Shown here: one piece after another, positions 13,431 to 25,481 of the stretch | Numbering within the stretch: position 1 is the first letter of the stretch | Layout: each line of letters starts with the position of its first letter | From: Trichoplax sp. H2 | Lineage: Eukaryota | DNA: 64,000 nucleotides | Assembly: GCA_003344405.1 (NCBI GenBank) | Contig: NOWV01000010.1 | Coordinates: 558,001 to 622,000, forward strand | Direction: 5' to 3' | Notes under the pieces: generated by a model | Seen by the model: the letters and a program-made list of their open reading frames with translations, nothing else | Databases searched by the model: none | Told to the model about the DNA's origin: nothing | Translations under genes and position numbers: made by a program

Positions 13431-16400
13431 CTATATTATCGACGTTTTCGCTGACGACTTTTCCAATATTTCTTTTCTATCCAGGTATTTAGCATAAACA
13501 TACATCAGGCTTCCAAAAACACTTAAGTAATAAGAAAAAATATATACTAATCAATTGAAAACAGCTTTTGTATATCCAAGTTGTGGTCATCATATAGATA
13601 AGATCATTAAGGATTATCGCTTTGAATATATTAAATTTTATTTATTGTACAGTACCTTATATTAATTCCCCAAAAATTGGCTAAAGTGAAGTGATATTCA
13701 CCCCCGTATGACATGCCATAATATGTTACAAAAGTATTCTAATATATCATCCCGCCCACAAATACAGCCAGAAATCAGTTTACAAGAATGCATAATTTAA
13801 TAATGGTATGCAATTTAAAATCGAAGACCTTCTCCTTACCTTTAAACACCCTATAATTGAAGTTGCTAGGGCAGTGTTATATTTTGTACATAACATTGTC
13901 GAATATACAAGGACGATTCTATTTTACGAATTGCAGAAAATTAATTTGAAGAAAGCATAATCACCAGCATATAAAGTGTTAAGAATATCGATTTTATCTG
14001 TGTTAGTTATGCAAGTAGACTAACCCTAAAACACATGATGCCATAAAGCACATAGTAGAATAGTAATCACTCCACCCGCTATAGTTTAGAGCCTGTAAAG
14101 AACATAAGTACACAAATTGTGTAAGACAGTTGCTAGAGATATAAACTTTTACTGTTACGAATTACATTGTTGAAATCCCCTTGGTAAGATGTTAGAAGGA
14201 TTGCCGGTATAGTCATTACTAATGCGTTATAAAACATGAGGCCAAAAATGCCGAGTTCCTAGATTGTTACGTGAAAATAATTTTATAAGCATATAAGATT
14301 CTAATGGTTTATAAATCATGTAATAACAATAAAAAACGAATAACCTTAGTCTCGATTTTTTTCTTCGTGTAAACCCCTGTAATGTTTTGTATATTTGATT
14401 AGCGTCAACGCGAATAAAAAATGAATTCGCAATTAATTCATATAACAATACTAACTTTAGGGCGATTTAACGAGCGTATTAACGTTTAACATATTTTGAA
14501 CTGTGTTCGTTATACTTTTGTGTATACAAGATAGGCTACTAAGTGATTTTATGCTCAATTAAGCTTCCTATCTTCTTAAATTTTATATTACTGATAAATT
14601 AGAAATTTGTCAGATATTTTCGTCAATATTAAAGACTGTAAAGACTTAAATTACAACATTTCTAATAAATATGTTGTTCGTGTTGATTGTTATTATCTTG
14701 AAAGGTATTGTACTTGGTTTTTAGTGTCGAACATTTTAGAGTTATTTAAAGCATGACTGCAAAACAATTTACTTATAAATCTGAATAGCTGATGAATATT
14801 ATAATGTCACACACTAAGATACGACATTATGAGTATATACGGTAGTAAGTTAAGTAGGTTACTAACCATTTAAAGCACTTGATAGGTTATTAATTAGTAC
14901 GGCAAAGTAGCCAATAAAATTAAAGGTGAAGTCGTTTCTGCATTATACAAGTTATCCATGGTAAGGGTTAATATGAATGAGATAATTTATGAACAAAAAT
15001 TATTAATACTTAGTTGATGTCCAATGATATAGACTTACATTGCAGCAATTACTGCTCCTAATATCATAACAGAAACAGAAATTTGGACCATGACATGTAT
15101 TCGCTTAGTTAGTATTATACTTTCCAGAATCATCGTGAATAATATAGTATATCTTCGTAATACAGTAAACATAGGCAAGCTGGGAAACAGAGGTGCGATT
15201 TAAGTAGTTAGTATATTGATTGGATTACTGGCTTGCAACTTAACATACTTTAGCGATCCAGTTCCTAGTAAGCCCAAGGATAGATTGGTAAAATAAAAGA
15301 GCGGTAGTGGCCAGATCTTTGTCGTAAAGAAAATGAAGTATAGTTAAATCTAAAGAACATCTAACAAAGTTTTAACATGCAATTTATAAATTTAAATTAC
15401 TTTTTAGAAGATATAGCATCAATAAGCTGCATTCCATATAAAATTTTATCTAATTATGTATTAGTAAATTGTAATACTCTCTATCAAGTGATAAAGGAAG
15501 GTTTTTGCACATGTTAATCTAACATGAAGCAAATGATATCATAGACGTACCATCCTATGACAAAAATTAAAACGAAGGGAATGTACAATATAAAGCATAA
15601 GTTTATAACATCAGTGCTATACTATTCTCACTCTTCTTTGTAGTTAATAGACGTATGTATAATTCTTCGCAAACGAGCTACAAAACCATCGAATAAGTAG
15701 CAGAGGCTATTTCAGCAGTACTGTAGGTTAAATAAGTATTACATTTTGCAATATGTACTACGTAAGCTTTTGTACAAGTATCCAGTCCATCAAAAATATG
15801 TACCTGAGTTTTTACCAACAAGCAAAAGCTAATAACTTGGATATAACTAGATTATTGCATCGAAATAATAATTCATGGCCAAAGTTTCGAGTGTATTGCA
15901 ATAACATTAGCAGGTACAAGGATTCGGTTACTTACCGATTTTAATGTTTTCATCGAACAAGGAGGAATTTTAATAATAGAAAATAGTCTTGCGAAAAGTA
16001 TCACCAAAATCAGTGTTATCATCTGTAGAGACAATCAAAAAATTACTACATAAGTAAACATCAGATTACTAATCGCACTAAGATTTACAAGCTTTTAATT
16101 TACATTATTTAATCCAGTTAAGGATAATAAACGATAGTCTACGTAAAATTTGTACTAGCGTTGAAAATTAAAACATGATAGCACTTGTATCAAGCAGCAT
16201 AGGAGATAGTTACATTTAATAGAAAGAACTCGCGTTAAGATTATTGCAATCCTTACCTGTCCCAGACTGACAAAGAGTACCGATGGAAATCTATGTGGGC
16301 ATGGGACGTAGTGGACATATTCATAGATGAAAAATAATCGTGCATAAGAAAAGCAGATTGTAACACACAAGATATATATATTAGGTAGGACAATAATACG

Positions 16401-17772
16401 AATCTGCAGTGTCCAAAAATATGACGATACTATACGCGTAAATGGTTTGTAGCTTCTTCATTCATAACTCATCCATTCGAGTTACGAAGTAGTTCTGCGT
16501 ACACTGAGTCTTTGATATTAATAACTCGCTTATACTTATAATGTAGGGTGTAAGATGATAAAATTAAGCTGATCATCATTACAGTCTAATTCATTAATTG
16601 TTGGTAATAAGCGCAATATGAGCCTTAAATAATGAAGTAGGCATTAACCATCACTCGACATTTTGTTGAGTGCAATCATGATCATACTGTAACTCATTTT
16701 AGCGTTCTTTCTTGTCTTCTTCAATGCACAGGTATTGCTGTTATCGTAATTTTACGAAATTATTTCAAGACGACGTAAAATGATGAATGTAATGTACTGT
16801 ACAGTATGTACATCGCATAAGCAAATGCAACTACGTACAGTAGATATTGCGTTGATGCAATCATGACATCAATGCATCCCACGTAGGCCTGACCTTATGT
16901 ATAATTGACTATGTTATCTCAGCAATTTACTGGAACATTTTTGTAGCGATTTTTTAGTGGTGAAGGATAATTAAGTTAGTCAATATTATTCTAGTGTATT
17001 GGCACACAACGCTATCTCTAGACAAGGTATTCGTATTCCAGTAATGAGCGACGTTGAAGATTGGGTTCAAATCATCAGCAAAGCTACAAGTCATACTGTA
17101 CTGTACAGTTATTTACCATCAAAGGTGGGAATGTCCCCCAAAATAGCCATTACTAGTCAGTTATGAATTGAATTTCTACAGAGAAAGCTTACTACTTTAG
17201 GCAGAAAGTAAACTGAATACACCCGCTGTCAATTGTAATTACTTTTTGGATGGTTGTCTCGATCATTTAAGGTAATCTGAGGCCATATGAGACCTCGTTA
17301 TTATGACGATGAAAACGAAACGAATAATGAGGTACTGCCACTCCTAGGACGAAACAACTGGGAGTATATAATTGTTGTAGTCACATTTTATGCATGACGG
17401 CTAAAAAAGAAAAAAATTGAAATGTACCTTTACTAAAGAATAGTCCTAATGCAGTCATAGATAGGTATAATATATTGGCAAGTCATTGATGACATGGACG
17501 AAATAAATTGATCAAAGTTGGTTCAATAGAATGAATGAAATACTTCAAGTACTGGATTGGCTAACACGGTTATGATAGAGTTGAATAGATTGACATGGCT
17601 AGCGTATCGTTGTATTTCTTCATGAAAGGAAGATATTTAAATTATTTACTCACTCATATTGTGTCAACAAGGCTTTATTCACCAAGGTAAGCAACAAGGA
17701 AGCAACGGCATAAAATAGCGCGGATAATATTTGTTTAATAATTTTGCTTCGACCCCAACTTTCACAATTCAT
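13431..17772 (-). CDS. SLC35D1: UDP-sugar transporter of the SLC35D1/D2 (fringe connection/sqv-7) family, 321 aa, 12 coding exons
   Basis: Exons 17772-17654, 16290-16257, 16022-15936, 15316-15249, 15179-15039, 14937-14867, 14376-14345, 14258-14166, 14092-14025, 13918-13840, 13738-13656, 13521-13431 sum to 966 nt in frame. Family motifs: LFYAVASLLLTLVNKALLT, FPSVLFVSLGQ, IWPLPLFY, LPMFTVLRR, ELGIFGLMFYN, LCTKYNTALATSIIGCLKN. Confidence 0.93.
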
Positions 17773-18023
17773 CGATCATTCATTGGTCTATTATCATCTA
17801 GTGATTGGATAAAAGTTACCTACATGTACTCATTGAAGTATACTCAGTACATGGGATTGGCGATTACTCTTTGAATTATGCCACTCGTGCTGATTCCATC
17901 CTTCAAGATGACTACCATCGATCAGAATAAAAGTAGACTGAAGATTAAAGAAAAGAAAATGATGAGAAAATTGCAGCGACAGTGCTTGCCACTCATTTTC
18001 ACTTCTCCGTTACAATGCAATGC

Positions 18024-20285
18024 AGTACAGTGTTGAGATCCTGTACTGTACGCTGTACACTACTGTACGTTTGATACAGTAGTACAGAGTTGTACAGGAG
18101 TGTACAACTCTGCCGTTATACTGTACAGTATGAAAAAAGGAACCAAGGTCCTCTAGTACTGTATACCGTAGCTATCTCATCGATGTTGAGTAACTTTGCA
18201 GAACTTAGCGTACAATATACTGTAATGGTAGAACTTCCATTTGAGTCAAAAAATAGGTAGAGAATACTAGGAACAGTATCAAATTTAGTCTGCCGTTCGA
18301 TTGCACCCTAATAAGTAATTAGAGCTCAATCAACTTCATTTCCCCCCAAATTGACGTTGTTTCCTTTTATACAGAACCAAACCTTCGACAGGTGTAACTA
18401 CAGCACAGTACTGTAAGCAGGGACCGTATGGTACTGTGGTCAAAAGCGGGAGATGGTCGAATAGACGGTCAGCGTGTTTGTGTGACTGTGGGATTACCAC
18501 TCTCCCCGCCGCAGTGCAGTACAATACAATGTACGGTGGCTCACAAGGGTCAGCGCAATACAGTACAGTACGTCGTCAGAACTGCTGATACTGTACTAGT
18601 ACTGTACAGTTCTGTACAGTACTGTACATGCAGCATTGCAGCAAATGACTGTAACAACAGTGTACAGTACTGTACAGTACAGTACAGTACAGTACAGAGA
18701 AATGCGGAAAATTTTAAATACTGTACAGTAGTACAGTATATAGTACTGTAGGTAAGAGTAACATGGCTCACTAATGTGATACTGTACAGTGTACAGTAGG
18801 TTTCACAGACTGACAACAGCATTAATTATGCCGCCCGTGCCCACGACAACTGTTGACTATTCCCGCAACACTAAGTGCACCATGCCGTCCGTCATGCGTC
18901 TTTTCTCCAAAGTTTTCTCTTTGGAAAGGGAAAAATTTTGAAAGTGCTGTACAGTACTGTACTGTACGTGCTCACTGCTCTCAGTCGTCACTCAGTACAA
19001 TGGACTGTAGCAAGAAGAAGACCTATGCTAATCACTCTTGGACGGACAGACATCTCCGGCCTTATCTCTTCCAAATATTGTGTTAAACACTTCGTTATGA
19101 CACTACTTTAGTATGCAGATGGTCGATTTTGAATTGACTAATTTTTCTAATGAAGTAATATTACGCTCAATCTTATCATCTGTTCCCAAGTTTCACTTAG
19201 AGACAGTGATATCAGATCGTCGATGTTATTACAATTAGTACCGGTGATTTAGAAATCAGACGCCGAAGATTCATACCACTGTACAGAACTTTCTACTTAC
19301 TGTACAGTACAGTCCAGTACAGTATTTCTAGTACAGTTACTGTCCACCCCGTAGGGATTGCAATCTGTCCAAATTTGTTCAGCTGGCGACAATGGGCGCA
19401 ACGTCATCACTGTTGGTGTCTAAGTGTTACAAAGTTAACTTTTATCTGTGAAAAGTTTTTCAAGAGCAAAGTCTGCTGTTCTATACTGTACGTAACTCTC
19501 CGTACAGACAGTAGCGTCGCTTTGGCTAAATCAACGAGTACTAGAAGAAGACCAGACGAAAGCCTCCTTTCTCATTCTAATTATTAATTAATGAATGCAT
19601 TATACGGTTCGCCATCATGGATGGACTCTACGCGTCCTCACAGACTGCTGACGTCACATACTGTAGATATGGACCGTAACTGTCCAGTACAGTACAGTAC
19701 CAGTACACCACTACCAGCGTGTACAGTACGGTACAATGCACTATGATTCGACAGTACTGTACTGTACTGTACTACTGTATACTCAGTGGACTGCTCTGCT
19801 GGTAAAGCTGTGGTAGGCGAAGTCATTGCCGTAGTGAAGAATACTGTTTAAAGCATAGTAGGAACTTGATACAAAGTCGTCTTGATCATCAGGCGTCAAT
19901 GAAAAATATCAAGCCATTAATTAGTGCGCATAAATTGCATAATACAGTACACCGTCCAGTACAGTACCAGTACACCACTACCAGCGTGTACAGTGTACTG
20001 TATTGTACACTGTAGAGCACGGTACAATGTACTGTGGTTCGACAGTACTGTACTGTAGTGTACTATACTCAGTGGACTGCTCTGCTGGTAAAGCTGTGGT
20101 AGGCGAAGTCATTGCCGTAGTGAAGCTGAGAACACTGTTTAAAGCATAGTAGGAACTTGATACAAAGTCGTCTTAATCATCAGGCGTCGATGAAAAATAT
20201 CAAGCCATTAATTAGTGCACATAATACACCGTACCGTACAGTACAGTATGACGTTAGCGGGTACAACGTGCCACATTGTACAGTC
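18024..20285. repeat. Discontinuous TACAG/CTGTA (ACAGT) microsatellite island between divergent SLC35D and RER1
   Basis: Dense blocks near 18024-18175, 18550-18800, 18945-19000, 19275-19345, 19680-20060 and 20225-20285, in both orientations with TACTGTACAGTA palindromic junctions. Confidence 0.9.
19682..20224. repeat. ~270-bp tandem duplication, two copies
   Basis: 19682-19933 versus 19954-20224. Shared TACTCAGTGGACTGCTCTGCTGGTAAAGCTGTGGTAGGCGAAGTCATTGCCGTAGTGAAG and AAAGCATAGTAGGAACTTGATACAAAGTCGTCTT. Confidence 0.92.
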
Positions 20286-20340
20286 AAGATTTACTCATTG
20301 AAGAAGAACCCAACGAGAAGGGGCTACCAAGGGCTACTAG
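20281..20340 (+). other. Probable non-coding first exon (5' UTR) of RER1
   Basis: Begins where the TACAG island ends and ends at a strong donor CTAG|GTAAGC (20341). RER1 has an acceptor TTCTTTAG| at 24271, 17 nt before its ATG, so an upstream exon is needed. The pairing is inferred and the start is approximate. Confidence 0.5.
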
Positions 20341-23300
20341 GTAAGCGTATTTAGATAGAATAACTCCATTTTCGCTTGTTTTATCGTTAGTTTATTATCA
20401 GAAACAATCTTTTGATATCGCCATTACCATCATCTAATCTGGAGAGTATGATAGCTGCAAATGATCGTACTTGTATTCGATATTCATCAAAATACTTGAC
20501 TGTGCGAGCATAACATGTTGGTTATGAATTGATTGCCGACGAGGAGTAGCGATAGAATTACATCTGTTGCCTTCTTATTTGACCGTCGGTCATGATAATG
20601 CCAAATAGAATATCCACACACTAAGTGTTTTATTTGTACCTATCAGTAACAAAAGATTTCCGATGGATTGAAATAACAGGCTCCTCTATGAAGATTAGGG
20701 CAAAAAACTGCCTTTTAAATTAGCTCACCAATGCTAGTGATACTACAGTATTCGCCAATTACAGTATAAAGCGATGTTGATTACTGACCAACATCGACGA
20801 ATGCCACCATCAACGTTATTAAGGTATTGATTTAAAGTACGGTAATAGGATAATTATCAACAACAATTCACTCATAAGTTAGCCAGTAATATAACCCTGA
20901 TGATGATGAATTGTGTATACGCCATTAACTGTTGAATGCAGGGTAAATTGATTATTACTTGACGGTAAATAAGATGCGTTGAAAAAGATTACATGACTGT
21001 GAACTCGAGCTACCTTGCAATATACCAATCCAAGTATTGTATTACCGATATGGGCAAACTTGGCACTAAGATTGTCTTGACTACAGGATCAAAATCTGCT
21101 TTAGAAACCAGTTGTTATCATGTTGGGCATAGAAACTAGAGTCGCAGATGACATTCTCTGAATACGTACGTCATCAGAGTTCATAGGGCTTAAATTCATC
21201 AATTACCATTATCAATTCATAATGATAAGACACTCGGCATGAAACTATATATTGAGATCCTGTAGTGCAATATAAATGATAGACTGTACTGGACTTTCAT
21301 TCGTAGCTAACTAGCTTATAGAACTATTTCTACTAGTGTACAGTAGTATAGTGCAGCATGTCATAGTAAGATACGTATAACGATGTACCGTAAAAAGGAC
21401 TCGAACTTTTCCGATGATGATGACAAATTTCCATCAATGACTTGTTAACTCATTCCTTCAAATGATCTATAGTACATACAGGTATGCATGTATGTATATC
21501 TAAAAAGATACGTTAACATCTAAAAAGATCGAATGGTAGATACTCTACCTTTCGGCCTACGTCGACAGTACTACTACGTTTAGCAAGAAGGCTTTGATTA
21601 CACCGCTACCTGCTGCTAATAAATTTGCTCTTACGCGTATACAACTATTTTCAGTACATTGATAGATTATTAACAGGAGGAAGCCTTTTGTCCATGTGTA
21701 GTTCAGATCGATGATAGATAGACTCTGTTGATTCACGATAATATTGCCCTTAGTAGTGAATTCTGAAGATACAGCTATAATACCCGAAGCTATACAACGC
21801 TCACAATATTGCCAGATACAGTATGTTTACGCTTATACAAAATATGTATTATAAGAAATGCTTTCATCCAAGTCATTGAAGTAACCTTCATCACAACCAG
21901 AAAATATGTCAAGTGATTCGTACACGTATGTACACAACAGAAAAATAATTGTCTTGAATGTACTGTACTTATGTCCACGGATAAGTTTAGAGTTCTTTGC
22001 TATATTTCTACAATACTAGACAATATTCGAAAACAAGATTCATACATTCTAGTATAATCACGCTTGTATTTGACCCATCTACAGTACTGTTAATCGGAAA
22101 CAAATTTTAATCTTCACAATCGTCGATTCAATTCAACATTGAAATGAGTTTTGTAACAGTGTACGCGTGTATACGATAATGGTTGATGCATACAAGCATA
22201 CAATTACTTGTGATCAGAATCAAGGCTTAACAATTTGCGAGACTTGCTACAACATTTGGATAGTAATAGCATTGTTCTATTCATCTCATCATCGTAGGAT
22301 CTTTCATTTCTAGTCTAAGAATAAGTTATGCAGCCTTTCAATTATAAGTTGATAAATACAGGAATAATTATCATAAACGTAAATGCAACCTTCAGTTGTA
22401 ATTACCGCAAATGTCTCAACAAGTATACGCGTACTCTGAACTACACCAACTTGTATAATGAAACAAATACTGTACAGTCATTTACAAATTAGATAGCATG
22501 CAATAGAACGCTTTAAATATTCCACCGTTTCTGTTAATGTATTAAATTTATATATTATGTAAAGATGGTTACTACTGCATTTTGAAGATGATTCGGTCGG
22601 TAGTCGTTTGCGTTGAACGTTAGTGACTACATTTTAATAATGTATGCTGTATAGGTTACATGAATATACGGACGGGTATGCTACTATTTGCATCTAGGTC
22701 GTTTAATTACTACCAATGTATGCTGAGTCAATCCGTGAGACTTGCTTTTTTATATACAAATAATATAATCCATAGACTTCTAAATTACGCAATCAAATAC
22801 AAAGCATAGAATTGACGGACTCGAATGACCTAAATTCGATATTATGGATCTTCATATTTAGGGATTTCTTGTTCATGCTATCAAAAGTAGTCAATAGTCT
22901 TTTTTTTCCCCCTTAACTTAGTAATTAAACGTTATCTATGATTCATATCACTTTGAAGTTAGAACGTTGAAGATTTGATGTAAAATATGATAGCTTCATT
23001 GTATTCAAATTCCTACATCAATATTACGAGTCGAAACCGCCCTTTCCTCCAATAATGTAGAATATACTTCCATTTTATTGTCATAATTGTGTTCTACTCC
23101 TGACTAAAATTTAGAGATCAGTGCTAGGTCGTATGAGACATACGCATACATATATCATACACTTCCTTGATGCGTACGTTCACATATTTTTACAATCAAT
23201 CACCGTCATCTCAATGTAGTAATTTCCTACGGCCTGGATGGGGACCAGTATTTTATTTATATGTGAGAATTCACTGACTGCAAGCTTCAGATATGTAGTC

Positions 23301-23674
23301 TATTTAGTCTTTTTGTACTCGTATGCTACTGATAACGTACACTGTTTTACACTAGTCACAAGATGAATTCTAAATTAACTACGTACAACTATTCGTTCTA
23401 CATCGTATTAATTAATATCCGTTACTGAATATGTGTCTGAGCGAAACAATGGAGCTATTTCGTTTCACTATCGTTGAAATCCTAGCTTTTCATACTATTG
23501 CGTAATGTTAAATATCCGAGTTACATTGTCGGTCATGCTAAGACTGGATATGGACAAAAGAAAACTGATTATTTATTACCCATAAGATTAACGGAATTAA
23601 CATTTTATTTACCAAAAATCAATTCAATCATAAATTGATACTCTGATTCCGTCAATGTATGAATTTTTTCAAAA

Positions 23675-23896
23675 TCTACATTTGTAAAACCTCCAAACTA
23701 GATAATATATCATTTCATTTTCAAAAATTATAATAGCAGATTTCGAAATGTAGATGATAATGCATAGCATATATTACCGACAATACGGATGTTCTACATC
23801 TATAAAAATCTCCCAAACTAGACAATATACCCATTCGTTTTACAAATTGTAAAAGCGAATGCAAAATTTAGAAAATAACACTATAATGTTACTGAC
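23675..23896. repeat. Diverged ~120-bp tandem duplication
   Basis: TCTACAT...CCAAACTAGAYAATATA occurs twice, ~120 bp apart. Confidence 0.65.
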
Positions 23897-24288
23897 CACG
23901 CGAACATTAATGTCATTTCGAAATGGGTTTGTTGTATACTGACGATCGAATTAAACTTTTCTTGCTTAACTTAGGTAACCAGATTTATTGGTCTATAAGG
24001 AATGTATTTTTACTACGCTGAATAGCAAAGATAAAACAGAATCTGCTTGTAAATTTCCGATAAACTTTGAGCCTAATCGAGTAAGGATTGCCTTTTGGAT
24101 AAATTTTTACTTCTCTAATTTTATATAGCTACTAGTATTTTATAATTACAATTACACACGAGAGTTTTTTAGTGAACTATTACAGGATATCACTAGATTA
24201 AAATTGTAATCGGTGCTCTAAGTTCTAAATTGCTCTTTAACTTAAACTGTAGCATCGTTATCGTTCTTTAGGTAAATAAATTATCAAA

Positions 24289-25481
24289 ATGTCTTCAAAT
24301 GGTGATGAATTGGGAAGACCTTCTCCTTCCGTTATATCGCGTTTATCCACTAGCATATCACTTGTACGATCAACGTAGCTTAACTTTATTACTATCAACC
24401 TTTATATTTGTTTAGTTATTAATTTATTGTCCATTAAATATTAAAAGTATTATCAGAACTTTCTCGATCGTGCCACCCCGTATGTTATTGCTAGATGGAT
24501 TTCGACAATGGTATTATCAATTATCTATGGTCTAAGGATATATATAATCCAGGTATTATTGGATTAAAATCTTAGTTAAAGCTAGACTACAGGTTTCTTC
24601 ATACACTTGCTATACTATATATTTCTCTTTCTTGCCAAATTTTCGTTGTAAAGATAATGATTTTGTACTTATGGTAAAGGTATTTAGCAAGAAAATTCAT
24701 ATTATCAACTTCATTTTTTATGCCAAAAATTTAGGGATTCTACATAGTAACTTATGCTCTCGCCATCTTTTTATTGAACCAATTTATTGGTTTCCTAACT
24801 CCCCAAATGGATCCTGCAATGTCTATGGAAGAAGGTTTGAATAAAACTTTTCCTTAGATAATCAACTAATATGTCTACTACACGATTGCAATTTGATCAC
24901 ATCACTTTACGTAAAAAGACGAATTTTGATAACATGATTGACTATTACGAATAGAGGAAGATGGACCGACGTTACCTACCAGAAGAGATGAAGAATTCAA
25001 GCCGTTTATGAGAAGGCTCCCTGAATTTAAGTTTTGGTAATTAAATATTAGTCAATATGCAATTATATTGTCCTGGAAATATCTTTATCATGCAATAATC
25101 AAATTATTCGGCGCTTTCTGAAGCTTATTTTTAAAATTTTTATAGGACTTCTACTACTCGAGCTATTATAATTGCAACTTTCTGCACTTTCTTCCAAGTA
25201 TTTGATGTACCAGTATTTTGGCCAATATTGGTAATTTATTTTTTCTTATTGTTTTTCATGACAATGCGAAGACAAATCGAGGTTTGTACCATTTTACGCA
25301 AAGTGTGGTATAGTAGTAGTCTACATAGGACAACGGATGCATTTCTATTTATTAAATAACTAATGTAGAAATCTTACTTGTCCAATTGTAGCATATGATT
25401 AGGTACAGATATTTGCCATTTTCTCATGGAAAGAAAAAATATAAAGGGAAGGAAGATAGTGGAAAAGTTGTGGTATCTTAG
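24289..25481 (+). CDS. RER1: RER1, Golgi-to-ER retrieval receptor, 6 coding exons
   Basis: Exons 24289-24363, 24448-24552, 24735-24834, 24955-25036, 25146-25281, 25392-25481. Peptides [92 protein letters not shown]. Confidence 0.96.

Noticed and set aside
15804-15846. Exon-like segment in SLC35D intron 3 that first suggested a pseudogene
   Set aside because: It has a stop and the wrong phase. The true exon 4 (IWPLPLFY) is intact at 15316-15249.
18900-18945. Hairpin followed by AAAATTTTG resembling an snRNA Sm site
   Set aside because: No match to the conserved U1/U2/U4/U5/U11/U12/U4atac motifs.
18336-19826. ORFs rich in YSTVQYCTV (also 27830-28090, 37463-38078, 51279-52415, 59291-59734)
   Set aside because: TACAG/CTGTA repeats contain no stop codon in any frame, so these are translation artefacts.
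20894-20944. ACCCTG...TGATGA...CAGGGT resembling a C/D snoRNA
   Set aside because: Only ~50 nt and lacks a CTGA box D before the closing stem.
21636-21763. Open minus-strand exon-like segment inside the inferred RER1 UTR intron
   Set aside because: Isolated, with no recognisable homology or partner exons.
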